64,000 nt of DNA from positions 11,814-75,813 of the forward strand of contig CACMQA010000004.1 in NCBI GenBank assembly GCA_902615715.1, written 5' to 3'. How positions within the stretch are numbered: position 1 is the stretch's first letter; each line of letters starts with the position of its first letter. This document shows positions 40,799 through 50,362 of the stretch, in pieces. Made by a program: the position numbers and the translations under genes. A model generated the notes under the pieces. That model saw only the letters and a list, made by a program, of their open reading frames with translations. It was not told the origin of the DNA and searched no databases. The DNA is from an uncultured Pelagibacteraceae bacterium. GTDB taxonomy: Bacteria; Pseudomonadota; Alphaproteobacteria; Pelagibacterales; Pelagibacteraceae.

Positions 40799-41887
40799 TT
40801 ATTATTTTTAATTCCTTCCTCAATAAATATATCAATATTTCCATCAAGGATATTTTTTGGATTCGTGCTCTCTATTTTATTTCTTAAGTCTTTAACTAAT
40901 TGATATGGTTGTAATACATAAGATCTAATTTGATGACCCCAGCCAATGTCTGTTTTGTTAGTTAATTCTCTCTGGTTTTCTTCTTCTTTTTTTTGCATTT
41001 CATTCTCATACAACCTTGCCTTAAGCATTTTATAGCAAGTTTCTTTATTTTTGTGTTGAGATCTCTCATTCTGACATTGCACTACAATTTTTGTTGGTAA
41101 ATGTGTAATCCTCACAGCGCTGTCAGTGGTATTAACGTGTTGTCCACCGGCTCCACTAGATCTGTATGTATCTATTCTTAAATCTTTTTCTTCAATTTTA
41201 ATGTTTATATCGTCTTCTACAGCTGGATAAACCCATACACTAGCAAAACTAGTATGTCTTCTAGCTCCACTATCAAATGGTGAAATCCTAACAAGTCTAT
41301 GGACACCTGATTCTGATTTCATAAGTCCATACAAATAATTTCCTTCAACTTTTATTATAGATGATTTAATACCTGCCTCTTCTCCTTTATGTTCACTAAT
41401 AATCTCGTATTTAAAGTTTTTTTTATCAAACCATTTCATGTACATCCTTCTGAGCATATCAGCCCAGTCCTGACTTTCTGTACCACCTGCTCCAGCGTGG
41501 ATCTCGAGATAAATATCGTAATTATCATTTTCACCAGATAAAAAACAGTTTATTTCACTTTTTTTAACTTCACCTAAAATTTTTATAATTTTCTCGTTAC
41601 AATCCTGAATGGTTTCCTCATCTTTTTCTTGAGAAGCTAATAGGTAGAGATCTTTAAGATTTTTTAAATCTTCAAATGATTTTTTATAGGAATTTAAGAT
41701 ATTTTCAAAAATTTTTTTTTGGTTAATAGTTTTTTTTACTAAATTTTTGTCTTTCCAAAAATTTTCTTTTTGAGAAATTTTTTCTAGATTAGTAATTTTA
41801 GCTTCAATATTTTCTCTATCAAAGATACCCCCTAATATTATTTAGGGATTTTTCAGTAATCAATAAAATTGAGTCAAAATTTTCCAT
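40795..41887 (-). CDS. prfB: Peptide chain release factor 2, requires programmed +1 frameshift: join(complement 41822..41887, complement 40795..41820)
   Basis: Frame 0 is MENFDSILLITEKSLNNIRGYL followed by an in-frame TGA. The +1 frame continues DRENIEAKITNLEK...EIHAGAGGTESQDWADMLRRMYMKW and joins the ORF-track product. It has SPF (RISPFDSG) and GGQ (GAGGQHVN) motifs, 363 aa in total. Confidence 0.93.
41819..41833 (-). promoter_or_regulatory. RF2 recoding signal AGGGGG-TAT-CTT-TGA (internal SD + slippery CTT + in-frame stop)
   Basis: The reverse strand reads AGGGGGTATCTTTGATAG. The core matches the classical E. coli prfB +1 frameshift cassette (AGGGGGTATCTTTGAC). TGA is codon 23. Confidence 0.9.
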
Positions 41888-44250
41888 TAATAAAATTGCC
41901 TAAACATTACAGTTCTATCACGACCATTAGTTGAGATTAAATAGTTATTATTAATATTGTTAATATCTTTTAATTTCAAAGCTTCTGTAATAGTATTTTT
42001 TTCTCCTGGGGCTGATTTTAATCCTGAATCATAGTTTAATGAAGTCAAATAAATTTTTTCAGGTATTTGAAATTCTTTAAAATCTTCTTTATACAAAGCG
42101 TTTTCAACAAAATATTTAAAAATAGGTAATGCTGCTTTAGAACCAGTTTCATATTTTCCAAGAGTTTTTGGATTATCGTAACCGACATATACGCCGATTA
42201 TTAAATTCGATGAAAATCCTATAAACCAAGCATCATAATTGTCATTTGTTGTTCCTGTCTTCCCAGCTAGAGGTACATTCAAAGATTTTAGTTTTTTTGC
42301 GGTTCCTCTTTGAACAGCACCTTGTAAAATTGAAGTCATTTGATACGCTGTTTCTTCGCTAATTACTCTTTCGTTATTATTTTTAATTTTTGGTAATTCG
42401 ACATCAATATTATTTATAAATTTATCACAACCAGAGCAAGTTCTACTTTTTTCTTGATATATCGTCTTACCCCTTCTATCTTGAATTCTAGAAATTAATT
42501 TTGGATTAATTTTTTTTCCTCCGTTTACAAATGGTGCGTATGCTGATGTCAAATTGATCAATGAAGTTTCGGCTGCACCTAATGAAACTGATAATAATTC
42601 AGGAATTTCATCATATATATTAAGCTTTTTGGATAAATCTAAAATTTTCTGCAAACCTAAAATTTTTGCTATTCTCACTGTCATAAGATTTCTTGAGTAC
42701 TCAATCCCTTTCCTCAAAGTAGAGGGACCATAAAATTTTTTTCCATAATTCTCTGGTTTCCAATTTTTTAATCCAACCCCTTGACTTTCAACAAATGGAG
42801 CATCAAGTATGATTGAATTAGGTGCAAAACCATTTTCTAAAGCTGCAGCATAAACAATTGGTTTAAAAGCAGATCCAGGTTGTCTTTGTGCTTGAGTAAC
42901 CCTGTTAAACTCACTTTTTTTAAAATTAAATCCTCCCACCAAAGCAAGAACATTGCCAGTTATGGGATCTAAAACCACAATTCCTCCATTTACTTTTGGG
43001 TATTGTTTTAATGACCAGGAATTATTTTTCTTTTTAACAAAAATAATATCCCCGATCTTATGAATGTCTTCTATAGATTTTTTTTTAGGTATAGACCACT
43101 TTATATCTTTGTAATTTAAAATTCTATTTGAATTATTTTTTTTCTTATCAATGAAATCAAATTCAATTTCATTATTTTCTATTTTAGAAATTTCCGCTAA
43201 ATACCAATTTAAAGTCGGATCTAGCTTAAATTGTGAAGTAATTTTTTGCCAATTTTTATTACTTATTTTATTTGTTATAGGTCCTCTCCAACCTCTTCTT
43301 CTATCAAAATCTTCAATTCCTTTTCTTAATGATTTCAAAGCTTCTATTTGATAGCTAATTTTTAGCGGCGTGCTTATACTTAAACCTTGTGAATAAAGTT
43401 TTTCAAAACCATAAATGTCTTTCACTGTCCTCCTTACTTCTTCCGTAAAAGAATTAGCTTCATTTACGATTTCAATCTTTCTTCTTTTTAACTTTAATTT
43501 TGAATCTTTTAATTCAATAAACTTTTTTTTTGTAATAAATTTATTTTCCTCCAAATTTTTGAGAACTAAATCTCTTCTAAATTTTGCAACTTTAGGATAT
43601 TTGTACGGATCATATTTGCTTGGAGCTTTTGGTAATGCAGCAAGTAAAGCTGCTTCTGCATATCCTAGTTCTTTTATAGATTTATCAAAATACTCTAAAC
43701 TCGCTGCTGCTATTCCATAAGTTCCTTGGCCTAAATAAATTTGATTTAAATAAAGCTCTAAAATTCTTTCTTTGGTATACGCTCTCTCAATACGAAAAGC
43801 TAAAATAGCCTCTTTAATCTTTCTTTTCATTGAAACCTCGTTTGTAAGTAGGAAATTTTTTGCTACTTGCTGTGTGATAGTTGAAGCTCCCTCTAGTCTT
43901 TTATTTTGTGAAATATTTTTAATATTTTTAACAATAGCTCTTAAAATACCTTTGGCATCAATCCCGGGATGACTAAAAAAATTTTTATCTTCAGCAGATA
44001 AAAATGCATTAATGACTTTGTCTGGCACTGATTCAAATGGTATAAATAATCTTTTTTCTAAGGCATATTCAGCAATCAATTTTCTATCCTCGGAATAAAC
44101 TCTGCTTGATATTGGCGGTTGATAATTAGACAATTTTTTGTAATCTGGAAGCCCAGCTGAAAAATACCAAAGGGTCGAAAAAACAAAAAATATTAAAGTA
44201 ACAAAAATTATTATTATTAATTTAAGTGAATTATTAAGTAATTTAAACAT
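41887..44250 (-). CDS. mrcA: Penicillin-binding protein 1A (bifunctional transglycosylase/transpeptidase)
   Basis: 787 aa. GT51 motifs EDKNFFSHPGID, GASTITQQ, RKIKE and ILELYLN. Transpeptidase motifs SAFKP, SRN and KTGTT. Confidence 0.93.
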   Translation of the reverse strand: MFKLLNNSLKLIIIIFVTLIFFVFSTLWYFSAGLPDYKKLSNYQPPISSRVYSEDRKLIAEYALEKRLFIPFESVPDKVINAFLSAEDKNFFSHPGIDAKGILRAIVKNIKNISQNKRLEGASTITQQVAKNFLLTNEVSMKRKIKEAILAFRIERAYTKERILELYLNQIYLGQGTYGIAAASLEYFDKSIKELGYAEAALLAALPKAPSKYDPYKYPKVAKFRRDLVLKNLEENKFITKKKFIELKDSKLKLKRRKIEIVNEANSFTEEVRRTVKDIYGFEKLYSQGLSISTPLKISYQIEALKSLRKGIEDFDRRRGWRGPITNKISNKNWQKITSQFKLDPTLNWYLAEISKIENNEIEFDFIDKKKNNSNRILNYKDIKWSIPKKKSIEDIHKIGDIIFVKKKNNSWSLKQYPKVNGGIVVLDPITGNVLALVGGFNFKKSEFNRVTQAQRQPGSAFKPIVYAAALENGFAPNSIILDAPFVESQGVGLKNWKPENYGKKFYGPSTLRKGIEYSRNLMTVRIAKILGLQKILDLSKKLNIYDEIPELLSVSLGAAETSLINLTSAYAPFVNGGKKINPKLISRIQDRRGKTIYQEKSRTCSGCDKFINNIDVELPKIKNNNERVISEETAYQMTSILQGAVQRGTAKKLKSLNVPLAGKTGTTNDNYDAWFIGFSSNLIIGVYVGYDNPKTLGKYETGSKAALPIFKYFVENALYKEDFKEFQIPEKIYLTSLNYDSGLKSAPGEKNTITEALKLKDINNINNNYLISTNGRDRTVMFRQFY

Positions 44251-44395
44251 TAGCTTAATTTATAATAACAATTCTGACTATCTTTAGGCATATAATCATT
44301 TAAATCCTGTATTTATTCACAAAATTGTATAAAATGATAAATATGACAAATTTAAAAATATTTAATTATTCAAATCTAAAAGGAATTCTCTATAA

Positions 44396-46222
44396 ATGGA
44401 AAAAAACTTATATATTGATGCATCGCATCCTAATGAAACTCGAATTGTTCTTAAATCAAATCATTCAATTGAAGAATATGAATTTGAAGATAAAAACAAT
44501 TTAAATTTCAAAAATAACATTTATTTAGCCACTGTAAGTAGGGTTGAACCTTCCTTGCAGGCTGCGTTTATCAACTTTGGAAGAGAACGCCATGGTTTTT
44601 TGGCCTTCAACGACATCCAATCTGATTATTATCAGCTTCCTTCTGAAGATAAAGAAAAGATAAGAATCGCAGAGGAAAAAATAAGGGAAGAATTGAAGGA
44701 AAAAACTATTGAGGTAAATCAGGATAATTTCTCGAATGATGATCAATTAAATAATAATAAAGAAGATAAAACTGATGAAAACACAAATCAAATTGAAAAA
44801 GAAAATACAAAAAAAGAATACAGAGAAAAAGTTAAATCATCATTTGGAATAAAGAGATATAAAATTCAGGAAGTCATTAAACCTGGGCAAGTAATTCTGA
44901 TTCAAGTAATTAAAGAAGAAAGAGGTCAAAAAGGCGCTGCTCTTACCACTTTCATATCTTTAGCAGGAAAGTATATGGTTTTAATGCCAAATACTCCAAA
45001 AGGCGGAGGGATTTCGAGGAAAATTTTTAATTCTTCTGATAGGCAAAAAATAAGAAATATTTTAAGCGAAATAGAAATACCCAAAAGTATGGGCGTTATT
45101 GTAAGAACTGCAGGTGCAAATAAAACAAAAAATGAAATACAAAAAGATTTTCAGAATACTTTGAAAACTTGGGAAGAAATTAAAGAAAAAGCTTTAGACT
45201 CAAATGCTCCATCTTTGGTTTACGAAGAAGGAGACATTATAAAAAGAACATTAAGAGATACATACGATAATGACACAAAAAATGTTTACGTTGAGGGAAA
45301 TGAGGCATATCAAAAAGCAAAAAAATTCATGAAAGAATTAATGCCAAAAAACGTAAAAAATATAAAAAAGTACAGGGGTAAGATCCCATTATTTCATGAT
45401 GCTAATATAGAAAAGAAATTAAATAATATATATGAGCCTACTGTGAAATTAAAATCTGGAGGATATTTAGTTATTAATCCCACAGAAGCATTAGTTTCGA
45501 TTGATATAAATTCTGGACAATCGACAAAACAAATGAATATTGAAAAAACTGCTTTGAACACGAATTTAGAGGCTGCAGAGGAAATTTCCCATCAAATTAA
45601 ATTGAGAGATTTGTCTGGACTAATTGTAATTGACTTTATTGATATGATGAATTTTTACAATAGAAGGATAGTAGAAAAAAAAATGAGAGAAAGTATTAGA
45701 AAAGACAGAGCTAGAATACAAATAGGAAAAATTAGTAATTTTGGTCTACTAGAGATGACAAGACAAAGATTGCGGGAGGGATCAATAAGGTGGGAAACAC
45801 AATTATCACTTTCATCATTTTCACAAAAAATTTTAAAAAAGATCCAACTCCTTGCCTTCACTAATAAAGTAAAAATCATTAATTCTTATGTTCCAGAAAA
45901 AGTAAAAATATATATTGAAAAAAATCTTTTAGATGAATTAAAATATTTTCAAAAAAAATATTCATTTGAAATCAGAATAATCTCTGATGATAAATTCATT
46001 ATTCCAGAATATAAAATTGATCTTTTGAATAAATCAAAAAAAATTATTAACACAGTCGAATATATAAATTCTATTGTTCAGATTAATAAAAAAAATAATG
46101 TTTTTTCAAAAATTAAAAAAGATAAAGAAAAAAATACTGTAAAAACTAAAGATAAAGTAAAAAAAACAAAAACAAAAAAAAAAATTAGGACACTATGGGT
46201 AAGACGAAAAAAGAAAAGTTAG
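44396..46222 (+). CDS. rne: Ribonuclease E/G family endoribonuclease (short RNase E-like form)
   Basis: 608 aa. S1 domain [28 protein letters not shown], then [27 protein letters not shown], then the DNase I-like site SIDINSG and [10 protein letters not shown]. Lys-rich C-terminal tail. Confidence 0.9.
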   Translation: MEKNLYIDASHPNETRIVLKSNHSIEEYEFEDKNNLNFKNNIYLATVSRVEPSLQAAFINFGRERHGFLAFNDIQSDYYQLPSEDKEKIRIAEEKIREELKEKTIEVNQDNFSNDDQLNNNKEDKTDENTNQIEKENTKKEYREKVKSSFGIKRYKIQEVIKPGQVILIQVIKEERGQKGAALTTFISLAGKYMVLMPNTPKGGGISRKIFNSSDRQKIRNILSEIEIPKSMGVIVRTAGANKTKNEIQKDFQNTLKTWEEIKEKALDSNAPSLVYEEGDIIKRTLRDTYDNDTKNVYVEGNEAYQKAKKFMKELMPKNVKNIKKYRGKIPLFHDANIEKKLNNIYEPTVKLKSGGYLVINPTEALVSIDINSGQSTKQMNIEKTALNTNLEAAEEISHQIKLRDLSGLIVIDFIDMMNFYNRRIVEKKMRESIRKDRARIQIGKISNFGLLEMTRQRLREGSIRWETQLSLSSFSQKILKKIQLLAFTNKVKIINSYVPEKVKIYIEKNLLDELKYFQKKYSFEIRIISDDKFIIPEYKIDLLNKSKKIINTVEYINSIVQINKKNNVFSKIKKDKEKNTVKTKDKVKKTKTKKKIRTLWVRRKKKS

Positions 46223-47007
46223 ATCAAACCTTTTGTGGGAGAACTTGCTGATGCAAAATAATTTTTACCCATTCTTCCAGCAAGAAAAGAATTTCTTCCT
46301 GATATAACTGCATCCTTAAACGATCTAGCCATTAAAATTGGTTTTTTTGCTTTAGCTATGGCACTATTTATTAAAACTCCATCACATCCTAATTCCATAG
46401 CAATAGTTGCGTCTGAAGCTGTTCCTATCCCGGCATCTACAATTACCGGCACCTTCGACTGTTTTATTATAAGAGAAATATTTATCTTGTTCTGCAATCC
46501 TAGCCCAGAACCAATTGGTGAAGCTAATGGCATTATTGCTACTGCCCCATTGTCCTCTAATTTTTTTGCCATAAGAGGATCGTCTGTGCAATAAACCATT
46601 ACCTTGAAACCTTCTTTAGAAAGAATTTTTGTAGACTTTATTGTTTCTATCATGTTGGGGTATAACGTTTTTTTATCACCTAAAACTTCAAGTTTTACTA
46701 ACTTCCATCCGCCCATCTCTCTGGCCAATCTTAAAGTTCTTAGTGCTTCTTCAGAATTAAAACAACCAGCTGTATTTGGTAAATAAATTATTTTTTTAGG
46801 ATTTAGATAATCGGTTAATATAGGTTTTTTTTTATCTAAAATATTTACTCTTCTTATTGCTACGGTAACCATATTTGCTCCCGATGCTTTTACAGCTTTT
46901 GCTGTTTCTGAAAAACTTTTATATTTACCCGTACCAACTATTAATCTTGATTTGAGTATTTTTCCGGCAACTTTGAATGTATCTTTTTTCAAATTATCCT
47001 CCACCAA
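46219..47007 (-). CDS. thiG: Thiazole synthase
   Basis: 262 aa with [24 protein letters not shown] and PIGSGLG. Confidence 0.94.
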   Translation of the reverse strand: MVEDNLKKDTFKVAGKILKSRLIVGTGKYKSFSETAKAVKASGANMVTVAIRRVNILDKKKPILTDYLNPKKIIYLPNTAGCFNSEEALRTLRLAREMGGWKLVKLEVLGDKKTLYPNMIETIKSTKILSKEGFKVMVYCTDDPLMAKKLEDNGAVAIMPLASPIGSGLGLQNKINISLIIKQSKVPVIVDAGIGTASDATIAMELGCDGVLINSAIAKAKKPILMARSFKDAVISGRNSFLAGRMGKNYFASASSPTKGLI

Positions 47008-47197
47008 TAAAATGAACTATTTCTACTTTATCATTATTTTTCAAATTTTTTCTCTTGTAGTTTGCTTTTGAAATAATCTCTCCATTGTGTTCGATAGCAA
47101 TTCTTTTTTCAGTTAACTTATATTTTTTTAAAAGATCAAATAATGAATAATTTGATTTAATTACTACTTTTTTTCCGTTTAATTGTATTTTTGCCAT
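46994..47197 (-). CDS. thiS: Sulfur-carrier protein ThiS
   Basis: 67 aa with a ubiquitin-like fold and a C-terminal GG (..VHFIGGG). Overlaps the thiG start. Confidence 0.88.
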   Translation of the reverse strand: MAKIQLNGKKVVIKSNYSLFDLLKKYKLTEKRIAIEHNGEIISKANYKRKNLKNNDKVEIVHFIGGG

Positions 47198-47224
47198 AAT
47201 TAAGATATTAAACCTAAGAAATTT

Positions 47225-47662
47225 ATGAATAAAATTATAATTCTTAATGGACCAAACCTCAACCTTTTAGGTGAGAGAGAAAAAAATCAATATGGAAACT
47301 TTACTTTAAAAGATGTTGAAAAAGATTGTAATAGTTATGCTACAAAAATTAATATAAAGCTCACCTTGTTTCAGTCAAATATTGAAGGTGAATTAATTGA
47401 GCAAATTCAAAAATCAAGAAATGATCAGGACGGGTTAATTATAAATGCCGGAGGCTATACTCACACATCGGTTGCTATACATGATGCATTGAAAATATTA
47501 AAAATTCCAATAATTGAATTGCATATCAGTAACATTTATAATAGAGAAGAATTTAGAAATAAATCTCTCATAAGCAAAGTTGCTAGTGGAGTTATTTGTG
47601 GTTTTGGAGTTAATGGATACATAATGGCCTTAGACGCTATGAAAAAATTTTTAAAAAAATGA
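47225..47662 (+). CDS. aroQ: 3-dehydroquinate dehydratase, type II
   Basis: 145 aa with ILNGPNLNLLGERE, NAGGYTHTS and HISNI. Confidence 0.94.
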   Translation: MNKIIILNGPNLNLLGEREKNQYGNFTLKDVEKDCNSYATKINIKLTLFQSNIEGELIEQIQKSRNDQDGLIINAGGYTHTSVAIHDALKILKIPIIELHISNIYNREEFRNKSLISKVASGVICGFGVNGYIMALDAMKKFLKK

Positions 47663-48084
47663 AAATTGAAAAAAAGTTAATAAAAGAACTAGTAGAAAAT
47701 TTAAAAGAATTTGAGTTAACAGAGTTAGAATATCAAGATGGTCAAACAAAAATAAAAGTTTCAAAAGCTTCTAAAGGATTTGAACAACTTAAGACAAGTG
47801 CTGTAACGCCTCAAAATAAAGCTGTGCTTAAATCTACTGACGATACTGATGGTATAAGAATAAAATCTCCTATTATTGGTACAGCCTATTTAGCCGCTGA
47901 ACCCGGAGCAAAAAAATTTGTCGAAGTTGGGGATAAAATTAAAAAAGGTCAAACCGTAATGATTGTGGAAGCGATGAAAACCATGAATCATGTTCCGTCA
48001 ACCGCAGATGGTGAAGTAAAGAAAATTTTAGTAGAAGATGGTCAACCAGTCGAATTCGGTCAAACTTTAGTTATTCTCAAATAA
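47659..48084 (+). CDS. accB: Acetyl-CoA carboxylase biotin carboxyl carrier protein
   Basis: 141 aa with the biotinyl-Lys motif EAMKTMN. Directly precedes accC. Confidence 0.94.
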   Translation: MKIEKKLIKELVENLKEFELTELEYQDGQTKIKVSKASKGFEQLKTSAVTPQNKAVLKSTDDTDGIRIKSPIIGTAYLAAEPGAKKFVEVGDKIKKGQTVMIVEAMKTMNHVPSTADGEVKKILVEDGQPVEFGQTLVILK

Positions 48085-48090
48085 ATAATA

Positions 48091-49428
48091 ATGTTCAAAA
48101 AAGTTTTAATAGCTAATAGAGGGGAGATAGCTGTAAGAGTTATAAGAGCGTGTAAAGAATGGGGAATAAAAACTGTTGCTGTTCATTCTGACGTTGATTC
48201 AGAGTCAATGCATGTAAGATTAGCTGACGAAAGTGTTTGTATAGGATCACACCAACCTCAAAATAGTTACTTAAATATTTCTTCTATAATGTCAGCGGTA
48301 GATTTGACTGGTGCAGAAGCGATTCATCCTGGATATGGTTTTTTATCTGAAAATGCAAAATTTTCAGAAATTGTAAATAAGCATGGAATAAAATTCATTG
48401 GTCCAAGTGCTGAAATAATTTCAAAAATGGGAGATAAAATTGAAGCTAAAAGAATTGCAAAGAAATTTGGTTTACCTGTGATTGAAGGATCGGAAGGTGG
48501 AGTGAAGTCTTATGCAGAAGCTAAATCAATTTGTAAAGAAATTGGTTATCCTGTTTTAATCAAAGCTGCTGGAGGTGGTGGTGGAAAAGGTATGAAGATT
48601 GTTGAAGAAGAAAGCAAATTAGAAAATTTATTTCTTACTGCCAAATCTGAAGCAAAAAAATTTTTTAATAATGATGAATTGTATATAGAGAAGTATTTTA
48701 AAAATCCTAGACATATAGAAGTTCAGGTTATGTCTGGTAAAAATAAGACTGTGCACTTAGCCGAGAGAGATTGTTCTGTGCAAAGAAGACATCAAAAATT
48801 AATTGAAGAAACACCTAGTCCAGTTTTAACTGATGAAATAAGAGAAGACCTTTTTGAAAAAACTGTAAAAATGGTTGAACAAATAAATTATGAAGGTGCC
48901 GGTACAGTTGAATTTATTTATGAAAATGGAAAATTTTATTTTTTAGAAATGAATACAAGAGTTCAAGTTGAACACCCCGTAACAGAGGTGCAAACTGGCA
49001 TTGATATAGTTAAAGAGCAGCTTTGGATTGCTTTTACTGGCAATACTGCTTTAAAACAAAGTGACATTAATCCTAGAGGTCACACAATCGAATGTAGAAT
49101 AAACGCCGAGAATCCAGCTTTAGATTTTCAACCTAGTCCAGGAATAATAAGTGTCTGCCATCAACCCTCTGGTTTTAGAACTAGGGTTGATGGTTCAGTA
49201 TTTCAGGGTTGTAAAATTACACCTTACTATGACAGTTTAATTGCTAAGGTTATTTGCAAAGGAAGAAATAGAACTGAAGCTATTCAAAGAACGTTAAGGT
49301 CGCTTGATGAATTTGTTTTAGAAGGAATTAACACCACAATAGATTTGCATAAAAAGATTTTAAACCACAAAAAATTTATTAATTCAGATTTTGACACTAA
49401 TTGGTTAGGAAATGAAAAATTTTACTAA
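48091..49428 (+). CDS. accC: Acetyl-CoA carboxylase biotin carboxylase subunit
   Basis: 445 aa. ATP-grasp motifs KAAGGGGGKGM, EMNTRVQVEHPVTE and N-terminal ANRGEIAVR. Confidence 0.96.
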   Translation: MFKKVLIANRGEIAVRVIRACKEWGIKTVAVHSDVDSESMHVRLADESVCIGSHQPQNSYLNISSIMSAVDLTGAEAIHPGYGFLSENAKFSEIVNKHGIKFIGPSAEIISKMGDKIEAKRIAKKFGLPVIEGSEGGVKSYAEAKSICKEIGYPVLIKAAGGGGGKGMKIVEEESKLENLFLTAKSEAKKFFNNDELYIEKYFKNPRHIEVQVMSGKNKTVHLAERDCSVQRRHQKLIEETPSPVLTDEIREDLFEKTVKMVEQINYEGAGTVEFIYENGKFYFLEMNTRVQVEHPVTEVQTGIDIVKEQLWIAFTGNTALKQSDINPRGHTIECRINAENPALDFQPSPGIISVCHQPSGFRTRVDGSVFQGCKITPYYDSLIAKVICKGRNRTEAIQRTLRSLDEFVLEGINTTIDLHKKILNHKKFINSDFDTNWLGNEKFY

Positions 49429-49946
49429 GCTTTATTACAATTTATTAATTGAAGATCATAAATCGCATGATCAAATGGAGTTAAACTTGGATCTGATGCA
49501 AATGTCCAACCATTAAATATGAACACTTGTTCATTATCATTTTTAGTCAAATCTTTCACTTGCATATAGGCTACACTATCTATCCTATTGTTCATTTTTA
49601 TCTTACCACATTCTAAAATTTTAATTTCTAATGGCCCAAACTTTTTAATCTTATTGAGATTTACGATTAGTTTTGAAGATTTTGCAGTGATTTTATCGAG
49701 ACCAATTAAAATTGCTTGGGAAGATTTTAAATTTACTTTTTCTTTTTTCTCTTTCAAATTTTGATTAGATAATATATTTTCAACATCTTCATCTAGCTCC
49801 TCAAAACTTGGTTTAATTTGCTCTACATTTATCAGAGGAGAAGTAGTTATTTTTTCTTCAACATCGGCAATGTTAGTAAAAATAAAATAAAAAAATAATA
49901 TTAAGTAAATTTTATTTCCAAGTTTCATATTTTTTTTTAATCTCAT
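49425..49946 (-). CDS. DUF2155-family secreted protein
   Basis: 173 aa with a signal peptide. Has LDKITAKSSKL..FGPLEIKILECGK..FNGWTFASDPSLTPFDHAIYDLQLINC, the pattern I recall for DUF2155, which accompanies NDUFA12-like genes in Alphaproteobacteria. Confidence 0.75.
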   Translation of the reverse strand: MRLKKNMKLGNKIYLILFFYFIFTNIADVEEKITTSPLINVEQIKPSFEELDEDVENILSNQNLKEKKEKVNLKSSQAILIGLDKITAKSSKLIVNLNKIKKFGPLEIKILECGKIKMNNRIDSVAYMQVKDLTKNDNEQVFIFNGWTFASDPSLTPFDHAIYDLQLINCNKA

Positions 49947-50256
49947 TTTTTCTTATCTTGACTGGTTTGTAGCTATTATTGGTACCTGTTTGATTTTCTT
50001 GATGTTTTTTTTGCCATGAATATTTTGCGTCAGTTTTATTAGGTATTTTATCGATAGTATGATGCATCCATAAATACCATTCTGAAGTAATTTTTGTAGC
50101 TTCAATATTATTTGCATAAACAACCCATCTTTCTTTTCTCTTGCTCTCATAATACTTATTACCAAATTCATCAGAGCCAATATATTTTCCAAAAAATAAG
50201 GTCTTTAAAAAAGTTCCAAAAGTTTGTTTGTTCCACCAAGTAAAAATTATTTTCAT
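49912..50256 (-). CDS. NDUFA12-like NADH:ubiquinone oxidoreductase accessory subunit homologue
   Basis: 114 aa from MKIIFTWWNKQTFGTFLKT..GSDEFGNKYYES..RWVVY..WYLWMHHT. The ORF track begins 10 codons upstream at 50286. Confidence 0.82.
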   Translation of the reverse strand: MKIIFTWWNKQTFGTFLKTLFFGKYIGSDEFGNKYYESKRKERWVVYANNIEATKITSEWYLWMHHTIDKIPNKTDAKYSWQKKHQENQTGTNNSYKPVKIRKNEIKKKYETWK

Positions 50257-50362
50257 TTTTTTATTAGAAATTTTAAATCCACACAATTCTTAATTGTATT
50301 ATTAAGTAATAGACACTTTATACAATTAATATATATCTAAATAAAGAGATTCCATAAATATT

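Noticed and set aside
41458-41886. An apparently non-coding 430-nt gap between the truncated RF2 ORF and mrcA, which might be a pseudogene, a small RNA or an intergenic island.
   Set aside because: It is fully explained by the RF2 N-terminal region read through the programmed +1 frameshift at 41819..41824.
44251-44395. The 145-nt region upstream of rne, with a perfect TATAAT at 44291..44296, considered as a promoter plus autoregulatory 5' UTR as in E. coli rne.
   Set aside because: There is no acceptable -35 element at 16-18 nt spacing, I could find no convincing stem-loop by eye, and TATAAT-like hexamers are abundant in this composition. It is plausible but unsupported without folding or TSS data.
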